A stretch of 61,687 nt of DNA from a virus (lineage: Duplodnaviria > Caudoviricetes), in the IMG/VR virus record IMGVR_UViG_3300004213_000001, positions 1 to 61,687 of that record. The stretch is one strand, 5' to 3'. Each line of letters begins with the position of its first letter. Position 1 is the first letter of the stretch. This document shows positions 46,018 to 54,741 of the stretch, piece by piece. The notes under the pieces are model-generated. The model did not search any database. It was not told the DNA's origin and saw nothing but the letters and a program-made list of their open reading frames with translations. Made by a program: the position numbers and the translations under genes.

Positions 46018-46128
46018 CAGTCCTCCTGTGGTGGATTAGGTACTGCCCAGCATACAGAACCAGCGGAATGCACCTGGCTCCTGGCTTGCCAACAATCCGC
46101 ATTCTTGGGCAATTGAACGGGCGTTCGA

Positions 46129-46158
46129 AAGCCCCGCCTGCTGGTGCAGACGGGGCTT
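46129..46158 (-). terminator. Intrinsic terminator
   Basis: AAGCCCCGTCTGC/GCAGGCGGGGCTT hairpin after secreted pair. Confidence 0.65.
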
Positions 46159-46171
46159 CCGGGTTGTGGGC

Positions 46172-46591
46172 TCAGGACGTGCAGTTGGTGGAGTTCCAGT
46201 AGCCCCGGTAGGTGTACCGGCTGCCCTGCGCCCTCTCCGGCGGGTCCGAGAGGTCCTTGGTCTGGCAGGACCCGTACCCCTCGCCGTAGACCCCGGCCTT
46301 CCAGGAGCCGTACTCGCTCATGTCGACCCTCAGCGCCGAGTTCCCGTCCCAGCCGTTGGAGCAGTCGCCGTTGTACTGGAACGGCCCGTACGTCTGGTCG
46401 ACGTAGTTCAGGTTCTGCCACCTGAGCGCGGCGTTGTAGCCGCCCGACGAGAGGTTGGCGTTGCAGACGTAGATCTCGGTCTCGGTGGTCGCCGAGGCCG
46501 TCTGCGCCGGGCTGATGCCGACCAGGGCCGCCGCGAGCATCGCGATGGCCGAGAGCAGCACCATCAGTCGGGTCTTGAAACGTGCCTTCAT
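46172..46591 (-). CDS. Small secreted protein
   Basis: Signal peptide ending SPAQTASA; four Cys; TGAAAGGGGAA RBS. Confidence 0.7.
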   Translation of the reverse strand: MKARFKTRLMVLLSAIAMLAAALVGISPAQTASATTETEIYVCNANLSSGGYNAALRWQNLNYVDQTYGPFQYNGDCSNGWDGNSALRVDMSEYGSWKAGVYGEGYGSCQTKDLSDPPERAQGSRYTYRGYWNSTNCTS

Positions 46592-46639
46592 TCTGTTTCC
46601 CCTTTCAGAGGAATGGATGGATGAGAGGTGAAGCGACGA

Positions 46640-47047
46640 CTACGGGACGCAGTCGATGCTCGTGTAGACCACCAGCCGACCGCTGAACGGCTGGTCGCGC
46701 CACGCGCCCGCAGCGGTGTAGGAGCCGATGTAGTGGCGCGGCCCGCCCGGCACCTTGACCGTGATGATGCAGTGGTAGGGCGTCCAGTACTGACGCGGCG
46801 TCCAGTAGAGGATGCGGTGCTCGCCGGGCGGCACGTACCACGTGTTCATCGCGTCGCGCATCACGATGGTCCTGGAGGCGTCCTTGTTCCAGGTCTTCTG
46901 GTTCAGGTTCAGCGCCGTCGCCTGCGTGGTGACAGCGCCGACCTGACCGGGCGCAGAAGCCGACGCCACGGTGGGCGCGGCCACCCCAGCGGCTAGGGTC
47001 AGCGTGGCTGCTACCAGCACCGCCGCCCTCTTCATCATTCTGAGCAT
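46640..47047 (-). CDS. Small secreted protein
   Basis: MMKRAAVLVAATLTLAAGVAAPTVASA signal; two Cys; TGAAAGGGGAA RBS. Confidence 0.7.
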   Translation of the reverse strand: MLRMMKRAAVLVAATLTLAAGVAAPTVASASAPGQVGAVTTQATALNLNQKTWNKDASRTIVMRDAMNTWYVPPGEHRILYWTPRQYWTPYHCIITVKVPGGPRHYIGSYTAAGAWRDQPFSGRLVVYTSIDCVP

Positions 47048-47144
47048 TCGTTCCCCTTTCAAGGGGTCGGGGCCTTCAGCCAGGCCCGATTGACATCAGC
47101 CTAGCGGCTGGTGGGCCGCAGTGCAGTCACTCCACCGGAGTGGA

Positions 47145-47930
47145 TCATCGAATGACCTGAGTGGTCAGGCAAATCCAGTTGTGGTCCGATTCGTCACCCC
47201 AGAGCGGAACGATCTCTCCCGCTGTGTGCTTCAGAGCGTGAACGCCCTTCGAGGACTTGTAGACATAGTCGATCTTCTGAGTCGGGTCATTGCTCCCGAT
47301 GGGCACGTAGTCAGAAGCACCGGGCCAGCCCTTGTAAGTGGCGAAGTTTCGATTCGCCAACTGGAGGCGAGGCTCCTCTTGGTGATACATCCACCCGGCG
47401 GCCTTCTTGTTCGTGTAGCAGTCTCCGGGGCCACCGATGTACTCGTTCTGATCGCTGTAGAAAATCCAGCGGTCAGTACCGAGAGAAGCCACCGCAGCGA
47501 TTTCGTCGAGGCCCTGCTGCGACCGGAGGGTCATGGCGGCGGAGTCATATCCCGCATTCGGATGCGCTGAGACGAACCAGCACCACCAGTTCGGATTTCC
47601 CATGTAGTACAACTTCACCATGAGAACGTCTTTGCTCGTGCCAGCCTGCGGCCAGTCACGCATCTCCACGAACGTCCAGACGTTCGTATTCCAGGCCACG
47701 GTCCGAGCCAGCGGCTGACGAGCATCCCAGCCGGGCAACTGCGCGCTCAGGTTGGTCCACGAACTGATGGCGTGCTCCACGAAGATACACACCGAGGCGT
47801 TCCGCTCGAAAATCCGCTGCGCCATTCCAGGCGAACGGAGATCGAATGCGTGGCTGGTGCCGGAGTCCAGCGAGGGAAGCCGGGTGTTCCCGTAAATGCC
47901 ACGGAAAGAGAATAGAGGATTGCTCGTCAT
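47145..47930 (-). CDS. Endonuclease/exonuclease/phosphatase (EEP) fold protein
   Basis: IFVE, FVSAH, YSDQN, KIDYVY, SDHN. Confidence 0.65.
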   Translation of the reverse strand: MTSNPLFSFRGIYGNTRLPSLDSGTSHAFDLRSPGMAQRIFERNASVCIFVEHAISSWTNLSAQLPGWDARQPLARTVAWNTNVWTFVEMRDWPQAGTSKDVLMVKLYYMGNPNWWCWFVSAHPNAGYDSAAMTLRSQQGLDEIAAVASLGTDRWIFYSDQNEYIGGPGDCYTNKKAAGWMYHQEEPRLQLANRNFATYKGWPGASDYVPIGSNDPTQKIDYVYKSSKGVHALKHTAGEIVPLWGDESDHNWICLTTQVIR

Positions 47931-48511
47931 GGCATCTTGTTCACTGTCATCTGGGTCTGCGTTCCGTAGACCGAGTAGACGGGCTCTACGACGCTGCTGG
48001 CGTTCGTCCAGGAGACCGACGTTGCGGAGAACTTGAAGACGTGGTCTCCTGCTGCGAGGCCCGTGATGTGCCACACCCGGCACACCGTCGTCCGCAGACC
48101 CGTGTTGGCCGTGGAACCGGTGTTGAAGACGAGGACCTGCGTCTGCTTCACGCCGTCGATCTGGAGGGAGACGATGAAGTTGCCGCCAGCACTCGTCGTG
48201 TTGGCGATGTCCATGTCCAGCACGACCTGGAAGCGGTCTGTGGCCCCGAGAGAAGGCACCGTGATGCTCAGGCCGTTCAGGTCCGTATCGGCCACGGGCG
48301 GTCGGTACGTGGTGGGCACCCCGCTCGTCCAGGAGCCGCCCGCGAAGGGCGGGGCGGTGTTCTCCAGGTTGGTCGTGCGCGTGTTCAGGGAGGCCGCCAG
48401 GGCCTCCACGATTGGCATCCTGGTGACGAGGTCCGCGATGGCCGTCTTCGCCGCTCTGAGGTCGGTTGCCAGCCGCTGGAAGGCCCTCTTGGTGGTCGTT
48501 CTCTCGTCCAT
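47927..48511 (-). CDS. Fibre-like virion protein
   Basis: N-terminal coiled coil then beta-rich domain (ITGLAAGDHVFK). Confidence 0.55.
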   Translation of the reverse strand: MDERTTTKRAFQRLATDLRAAKTAIADLVTRMPIVEALAASLNTRTTNLENTAPPFAGGSWTSGVPTTYRPPVADTDLNGLSITVPSLGATDRFQVVLDMDIANTTSAGGNFIVSLQIDGVKQTQVLVFNTGSTANTGLRTTVCRVWHITGLAAGDHVFKFSATSVSWTNASSVVEPVYSVYGTQTQMTVNKMP

Positions 48512-48521
48512 GTTGCCCTCC

Positions 48522-50120
48522 TCAGGGGATGATTACGGAGACGTCATCCCACTCGGCGGTGACCGCCGTGCCGGAGGTGTTGGTCTGCGTCAGCAGGGCG
48601 ACGACTCCTCGCGTGTACGAGTAGTCCATCGTCTCCGTGACGACGCTGGAGTTGTCCGCCCGCGTCATGGACAGCCACGTGCTGGGCTCGGAGGCGCTTG
48701 CCAGCCACACCTTCACGAAGACGCCACCGGCCCGCGTGCGGACCTTCACCTTGTAGTCGGCTCCAGCGGTGTAGGTGAACGCGGCCTGCGACACGATGGT
48801 GAACGTGCCCGCTGCCAGTTTCCCGAACTGCACCGCCGAGCCCGCCAACTTGACGACGTAGCCCGTGCTCGTGGAGGCGTTCCACTTGAAGCCGAGCCAG
48901 GCGCTTCCGATGGAGGGGACCTTGCACGTGCCCTGGATGATGGCGTCGGTGAGGATGAGCGAGGCGTCCGGGTAGGCCGTGGTGAACGACCACTGCGTCG
49001 TGCTGGTGACCTGGCGGAGGCGGTTGCTCGCGATGGAGTTGGTGCCGGTGTTGGTGCCGGTCTTCACGGTCACCGGGGCGGGCATCGTGGTGCCGTCCGC
49101 AGCGGTGAAGGGGTAGGCGTTGACGATGGTTCGGTCGGTGCCATCCACGTTCGTGGATATGGTCGCCCAGTCGATCTCGTAGTGCCCCTCAACGCTGTCA
49201 GCCGGAGGAGTGACAGCGGTGGTTCCGTCGTAGATGTTGGTCTCGATCTGCCACGACCAGTGGTGCGGGGTGTACGGGATATCCCGGGTCGCCACGAGGA
49301 CGATGTTGCCGTCCACGAGGTATCGGACGACGTTGGGGATTTCCGGCAGCGGAGAGGTGTACCACTCGATCGTGTAGACGTGCCAGTCGGCCAACATCGC
49401 GCCGAGGTTGACGATGTAAGGCTTCTGATTCGGGTCGCCCGGGAAGTCCGTCGTGTTGAGTTGGTGGTGATTGATCTCCACGTTGTTCTCAGGGAAGTCA
49501 ATCTCACCTTCTCCCCACTTGTTCGAGTCGGGCCAGAGCAGGAAGGCGTTCTTGTAGCCAGGCAGCGACACCGGCCGACGCATCCGGACGGAGAACCGGG
49601 CGTAGAGAAGACTGAGGCCAGCCGGGTCGGGCTGCGGGGCGGCAGTCATGTGGATGGGCGTGGAGACGCCGTTGACCATCACGTTCTCGGTGTGGACGTG
49701 GATGTCCATCACACCGATAGCGTCCGTCGAGTTGTTGTGAGCCGAGATCACCTTCGAGGGGTAATACCACCCGTAGTTCGTCGGCTTCTTCTGGGTCTCC
49801 GTGTCCTTGTAGCCGTCCGGGTATCCGGTCAGTTCCGGACCGTAGATACCGGGGAAGTCACCCTTCGCAGCCGGGATGACGAAGTCGTTCTGCCAGACCC
49901 GCTTCCAGCCCGGCCCGTCGTCCGCAGGCATCGGCTGAGTGACGGGAGCATCCAGGAGAATGCGGGCGACGTCCGACTCGTAATCGGGCGCGGGGTAGAC
50001 GGCGGTGCTGCCACCAGCAGCCTCCAGGGCACTGACCCTGGCGAGCGCTCCCTTGACAGACCCCCAGGTCGCCAGTTCCCGGTCGTCTGTGGGCGAGTAC
50101 CCTGAAGGCTTGCGGCTCAT
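48522..50120 (-). CDS. GH16-like glycoside hydrolase plus lectin-like domain, likely virion-associated
   Basis: AFLLWP...GEIDFPE (ExDxxE), WHVYTIEW. Confidence 0.7.
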   Translation of the reverse strand: MSRKPSGYSPTDDRELATWGSVKGALARVSALEAAGGSTAVYPAPDYESDVARILLDAPVTQPMPADDGPGWKRVWQNDFVIPAAKGDFPGIYGPELTGYPDGYKDTETQKKPTNYGWYYPSKVISAHNNSTDAIGVMDIHVHTENVMVNGVSTPIHMTAAPQPDPAGLSLLYARFSVRMRRPVSLPGYKNAFLLWPDSNKWGEGEIDFPENNVEINHHQLNTTDFPGDPNQKPYIVNLGAMLADWHVYTIEWYTSPLPEIPNVVRYLVDGNIVLVATRDIPYTPHHWSWQIETNIYDGTTAVTPPADSVEGHYEIDWATISTNVDGTDRTIVNAYPFTAADGTTMPAPVTVKTGTNTGTNSIASNRLRQVTSTTQWSFTTAYPDASLILTDAIIQGTCKVPSIGSAWLGFKWNASTSTGYVVKLAGSAVQFGKLAAGTFTIVSQAAFTYTAGADYKVKVRTRAGGVFVKVWLASASEPSTWLSMTRADNSSVVTETMDYSYTRGVVALLTQTNTSGTAVTAEWDDVSVIIP

Positions 50121-50878
50121 CCGATGATCACGATCCGGTACTGGCCCGCCGTGATGGCGACCGGGAACGAGCCGGTGATCGTGGTGGTGCTCGCCGAGAC
50201 GAAGTCCACGTCCTGCTCGATGCCGCTGGACACCTCGTAGATGGACCAGAGGAGGTCCTTGGTGCCGAGCCCGTGCGTGATGGTGATGGTCGTGCCCGCG
50301 CTGGCGGCGGGCAGGTCCATCGAGAACCGCTTCGCGAGCCCGGTGTAGGCGGGGTCGATGGCGATGGTGCCGCCGCTGATGAGGATGCCCGTGCCGGGGC
50401 TGTAGGCCCCGCCCGAGCCGCCCACCGGGCTGAAGGCCAGGGCCGTCGTGCCGACGGTGACCGCGCCCTGCGTGCTGAGCACGTACTGCATCGGGTTCGC
50501 CACGGACGACCCGGTGCCCTTGGTGGTGCCCTCCAGCACGGCCACCGAGAAGCCGGTGGTCACCTCCACGTTGTCGTCCGCGTCGGTGGAGCGCGCCCAC
50601 GCACCGGTGCCCGCGACGTAGATGCCGTTCGCACTGGCGGTGGTCTGGTTCTTCACCAGCACCCGGTCTCCGGCGGCGAGCGCGACGCCGTCGATGGTCT
50701 GCAGACCGGAGAGCGTGATGTTGGTGGTGGTCGCGGCGCGGACCGGGTCCTTGACGTCGAGGCCGCGGATCGCGTCCTGCAACTGCTGGAAGTTGACGGC
50801 GTCGCCGGGGTTGGCACCCGCCGCGAGGTTGATGAGCCTCTGGTTCTTGTAGTCGGAGCCCCACACGGCTTTGGTCAT
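50117..50878 (-). CDS. Fibre/collar-like virion protein
   Basis: DAVN..QL, KDPVRAATTTNITLSGLQTIDGV.LAAGDRVLVKNQT..NGIY. Confidence 0.7.
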   Translation of the reverse strand: MTKAVWGSDYKNQRLINLAAGANPGDAVNFQQLQDAIRGLDVKDPVRAATTTNITLSGLQTIDGVALAAGDRVLVKNQTTASANGIYVAGTGAWARSTDADDNVEVTTGFSVAVLEGTTKGTGSSVANPMQYVLSTQGAVTVGTTALAFSPVGGSGGAYSPGTGILISGGTIAIDPAYTGLAKRFSMDLPAASAGTTITITHGLGTKDLLWSIYEVSSGIEQDVDFVSASTTTITGSFPVAITAGQYRIVIIG

Positions 50879-50888
50879 GACTTGCCTC

Positions 50889-51629
50889 TCATCTGATTAC
50901 GGCCCGCCCCGACACGGGGAAGGGCCATTGGACGACCACAGAGGTCTCCGTGGCTTCGTAGTCAATGTCCTGCGGATGCCCGTCCACATAGAGACTGACA
51001 GCCGCAGGAAGCCGACCGAAGGGGTGGTTGATTGACCACGTTCCGGACGGCTGCGAAACGATGAACGTGAAGGCGTCATCCAGGCTGACAGCCTGACGAA
51101 CGTCTTCGACAATCTCGGCCATTTCGGCCGGACTGAGTTGACCGTCCCCACTGAGAACGGGGTCCCCATCAGCATCGAGAACCTGGCCGGTGATCGGGTC
51201 CAGCGTGGCGAGCCCGCCCCGCACTCCTGCGGCGGACAGCGGGCCGAGGGGGAGCACCTGCGGCAGGACGATGCGGTTCAGGTTCAATCCCGCATCGGAG
51301 CCGAGGGTGTCCGAGACCTTGGGCTGGAGAAGGTACGTGATCCGGTCACTACCCTCCGGGGCGATCTCCACAGTGAGAGTGAAGCCCTGAGGAAACATAT
51401 CCGGATCGTCCGTCATCGGCGAGTCAAAGTAGAACGACCGCCGATTCATTGCCGACTCGTCGGTGTTCAAACGACCCGTCTTGACTAGCCCCTGCGTGAG
51501 CACCGTTCCGCCGCCAGCCTGGCTGACAACCGGAACGCTCGAAGTGACTTTGTAGGTGCCAGGGCGCAGGTTTCCGGCACCGTCCAGCCAGGAGCCGAAG
51601 ATTGGGACGGTTCGCCAAGGTACAGGCAC
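50889..51629 (-). CDS. Putative virion structural protein
   Basis: GGLATLD..GQV linker, C-terminal W.INHPFGRLP...SGRA domain. Confidence 0.6.
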   Translation of the reverse strand: MPVPWRTVPIFGSWLDGAGNLRPGTYKVTSSVPVVSQAGGGTVLTQGLVKTGRLNTDESAMNRRSFYFDSPMTDDPDMFPQGFTLTVEIAPEGSDRITYLLQPKVSDTLGSDAGLNLNRIVLPQVLPLGPLSAAGVRGGLATLDPITGQVLDADGDPVLSGDGQLSPAEMAEIVEDVRQAVSLDDAFTFIVSQPSGTWSINHPFGRLPAAVSLYVDGHPQDIDYEATETSVVVQWPFPVSGRAVIR

Positions 51630-51664
51630 CGCTTTCCCTCCGTTTCTGGCTGCTGCTGGTGCCC

Positions 51665-51934
51665 CTAGCGTACCCGCTGGCTGCCGAGCGGTGTCGCCGC
51701 GTCCAGTATCCCCGCGTGCACGGGGTCGCTCGGATTGAGGTAGACGAGAACCAGATCATTCGTCACGAATCGCACCCCCAGATCGGGATTGATCTGGTTC
51801 GGGTCGAGCGGGTCACCCTCAGAAGGAATGACCAGCACCAGGCCGTACTCGGATTCCAGGTATTCGGTCACCTCCGCCCCGCGCTCGGCCTTCCGCAGCA
51901 CCTTCAGGGCCTGCTCTGTCGTGATGTCAGCCAT
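51665..51934 (-). CDS. Candidate immunity protein
   Basis: 89-aa acidic ORF overlapping the toxin stop by 8 nt. Confidence 0.5.
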   Translation of the reverse strand: MADITTEQALKVLRKAERGAEVTEYLESEYGLVLVIPSEGDPLDPNQINPDLGVRFVTNDLVLVYLNPSDPVHAGILDAATPLGSQRVR

Positions 51935-53699
51935 TTCTCGCTGCGTTCCTTTCCCAGAACGGAATGTATCGAGAGGACGGGAACCTGTCGGTCAGGTGCT
52001 CTTCGTCGTCTGCCATCAATTCTGCCACGCGCTTGTTCGGTGTCTTATCGTCCAGTCTCACGAAGAAAGCCGCTTTCGCGCCCGGACCCATCACATCAGA
52101 CTGATCCTTGAACCGATCGAACAGTTCGCGCTTACGGACGGCGGTGACGTAGAAGTTCATCGGCTGCGCATCCAGGAAGACCAGTTTGCCTCCGACCTTT
52201 TCCCAGTTAATCACGTGTCCGCCACCCTGCTTCCACACCATCGTGAGCACGCCGCGAGCGCCCTCGGGCATCCGCTCGACCTGCGCCTCCATAGCGTCCA
52301 GCGATCCGATCCACTGGCTGCGCACGGGCAGCCCGCTCTCCTGCGTCCAGCGGTCCGTGAGCCAGTCCTGGTCGGTGCGCCCGGAGCCCTCGGGGCGAGG
52401 CATGGCCTGGACCCGGTAGCCTCGGCGACGCATCTCGTACGTGGAGACGACGTGCGTGCAGTTGACGCCCCACATCTGGTCGTCGCCGTAGTTCGGGTTG
52501 ACGATGTTGATGTCATCCCAGATGTCATTCCAGGCCTTCGCATCGACCGGGTCGCCCTTGCGGAACTCCGGGAACATATCGGGCTCGATCTTGGAGACGA
52601 TATCGTCCAGGTCCTCAAACTCGCCCTGACGGATCATCGCCTTCTTCAGAGCCGACACCTTCTTACCGTCCCGGGTGTACTTCAGCACCGCGTACTCAAC
52701 ATTCGAGTAGTCGACACCCCGGTCGTAGAGGTCCCATTCTCTCATCAGCCGGTTGAAGGCGTTCTGGAACTCTTGATTCTTACTCATCAGAGTGAAGGGA
52801 TTGTTCGGGTCGCGGGCCAGCGTCTCCTTCGCCTTGATCCAGATGCGAACGAGGTCTTCCTGCTCTACCTCTAGGCCCGAGTCTTGCAGAGCCCTAGCCC
52901 GCTGCTCGATTCGCTTCTGTACGGGCTTGGAGGCTTTGCGGGGTACTGCCACTTTGACCGGGGCAGGCTCGGGCGCTGGAGTCGGCTCTGGTGGCTTCTT
53001 GAGCACCTTCACCGGAGGCTGCGGCGGGGTGACGTCGGGCGGAGGCTTGACGCGGCTTCGGTTCAGCGCGTTCGTGTAGACCCGGTCATCCGCGAGCACC
53101 TTCTTCTTGAGGGCGCTCAACTTCTTTCCGGAGTCACGGTAGGCCGCGATCTTCTCTTCGATCTCTTTGGGCTGGTAGCCCGTTTCCTTGGCAATGGCGT
53201 CGTAGGTCGCCCGATCCAGCATCGGATTCGCACCCTTGATCGGAATGCCCTGCTCAGCCGCCAGCCGGTCCTTCGTCTTGACGAACAGGATGGCCGCGTC
53301 TTCGTCCGTCATGCTGCCGATGCTCGGGCTGTTGGTGTGCACCGGCGAGGCCTTCTGCCCGACGCGGCGCATTTCGAAGCCGTGCACGTAGGCCCGGAAG
53401 TCATCAGGGTCTGCCAGGTCCTCAAGAATGATCTCGCCATTCCGGAGAAGTTGTAACTTGTTCGCCTTCGCCCGAATGACGGTCTTGCCGCCGAACTTCT
53501 CCGCGTAGAACAGGTCCCCGTCCGGCAGATCGCGCTTCGCCTTCTTGCCCAGGATGACGCCGATCTCGCCTTCCATCCGCGCCCACTCGTAAGCCACCTC
53601 AGACTCGTCTCCGGACCGGTGCTTTGCGATGAAGGCCGTGGTGAACGAGCACGTTTGACCCCGCGTGCCACGAAAGGGCTCATTGATCTGGATGGGCAT
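51927..53699 (-). CDS. Capsid-region protein with C-terminal papain-fold toxin (glutamine deamidase-like) domain
   Basis: NPNY...NCTHVVSTYEMRRRGY.V.A, GHVINW, FLDAQ (Cys-His-Asp triad); two internal GKK.SALKK repeats. Confidence 0.75.
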   Translation of the reverse strand: MPIQINEPFRGTRGQTCSFTTAFIAKHRSGDESEVAYEWARMEGEIGVILGKKAKRDLPDGDLFYAEKFGGKTVIRAKANKLQLLRNGEIILEDLADPDDFRAYVHGFEMRRVGQKASPVHTNSPSIGSMTDEDAAILFVKTKDRLAAEQGIPIKGANPMLDRATYDAIAKETGYQPKEIEEKIAAYRDSGKKLSALKKKVLADDRVYTNALNRSRVKPPPDVTPPQPPVKVLKKPPEPTPAPEPAPVKVAVPRKASKPVQKRIEQRARALQDSGLEVEQEDLVRIWIKAKETLARDPNNPFTLMSKNQEFQNAFNRLMREWDLYDRGVDYSNVEYAVLKYTRDGKKVSALKKAMIRQGEFEDLDDIVSKIEPDMFPEFRKGDPVDAKAWNDIWDDINIVNPNYGDDQMWGVNCTHVVSTYEMRRRGYRVQAMPRPEGSGRTDQDWLTDRWTQESGLPVRSQWIGSLDAMEAQVERMPEGARGVLTMVWKQGGGHVINWEKVGGKLVFLDAQPMNFYVTAVRKRELFDRFKDQSDVMGPGAKAAFFVRLDDKTPNKRVAELMADDEEHLTDRFPSSRYIPFWERNAARNG

Positions 53700-54586
53700 C
53701 AGCAGGGCACCGGGATTCCAGAGCCGTAGATGCGCGAGTCCATGTACGAATTGTACTTGCCAGCCATGAATGAATCGACGAACTCGTCCTCGTCAATCGT
53801 GTTCGTGGTTACGTAGCAGAGGCAGTTCGGATGGGGCTTACCGGGGACGTCGCCGACCCGATACTCGCCTGGCTGGCCGCCGGTGAAGTGGGTTTTCTCT
53901 CCGTATTCATTGCACTCGTCTGGCTTGGGATGCGATCCCGAGATGTTCCACGTGAAACTCTGCGTCCAAGGTTCTTCCGCTCGAGAAGCGACCTGCTGAG
54001 TGTGGAACGCATTGTTGATTTCCGTGCGCGCCAGTCGATTCGCAGCATACGAAGTGCCTCCAGGGGTGTCGGGTGAGATGTACTGCCGTACGTCCTTCGC
54101 GATCTGAGCGGCGCTCTTCTGCAGCAGCAGCCCTCGTGAGACAGTGTCGTCCACCTTGCCGTCCGTCAATGCTCGAGCGTGATAGACGCGCTCGGAGAGA
54201 GGAATGGCATTCTTCTGCTTCGCCAGCAGCGCATCGATTCCGTTCTGCGCGGAGTAGCCGATGGCCTTCTCCCACTCCGGAATGGACTCGCCGAACTTCG
54301 CCTCCAGGGTGCGGCTCATCCAGCGCTCCGACAGGGCCGCGCTCTTGGCCGCAGCCTTGACGCCAGCCCGCGTGATGCCGTCCACCTCGCCCCACGTGTC
54401 CAGCGACACCTGGCGCAGTGCCGCCACCGCCTGCCGAGCCCGCGTCTTCTCGATCGCGCCCTTGCTGCCGTGCGCCAGCACCACCCGCTCCGCCTCCGCA
54501 GCGGCCTCCAGCAGCAGTCGGCGCATACGGGCGTCGAAGGGCCTCTGAACGGCGATGTACCGCTGAAGCGGGGAAGGGTCGGGCAC
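53699..54586 (-). CDS. MuF-like minor head protein
   Basis: RLARTEINNAFH, W.ISGSHPKPDEC, PGKPHPNCLCY. Confidence 0.85.
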   Translation of the reverse strand: MPDPSPLQRYIAVQRPFDARMRRLLLEAAAEAERVVLAHGSKGAIEKTRARQAVAALRQVSLDTWGEVDGITRAGVKAAAKSAALSERWMSRTLEAKFGESIPEWEKAIGYSAQNGIDALLAKQKNAIPLSERVYHARALTDGKVDDTVSRGLLLQKSAAQIAKDVRQYISPDTPGGTSYAANRLARTEINNAFHTQQVASRAEEPWTQSFTWNISGSHPKPDECNEYGEKTHFTGGQPGEYRVGDVPGKPHPNCLCYVTTNTIDEDEFVDSFMAGKYNSYMDSRIYGSGIPVPC

Positions 54587-54602
54587 GGGCCTGGTCGGCC
54601 GT

Positions 54603-54737
54603 CTACGCGCCGCTGGTGCCGCAGTGGTGGGCCGCAGCGGCGTCGTTCAGGTCCGCCAGGGTGGGCACGTGCCCCTCCTGGACGACGTGCACCGGGAAGC
54701 CGCAGACCCCGCACCGGATGTTCACGCTGGCGACCAC
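54603..54737 (-). CDS. Small Cys/His protein (44 aa)
   Basis: CGVC...HHC; fills portal-MuF gap. Confidence 0.4.
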   Translation of the reverse strand: MVASVNIRCGVCGFPVHVVQEGHVPTLADLNDAAAAHHCGTSGA

Positions 54738-54741
54738 GACC

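Noticed and set aside
53690-53710. Frameshift fusing MuF to the toxin protein
   Set aside because: Junction is a plain TGATG coupling, used throughout this genome, with no slippery sequence
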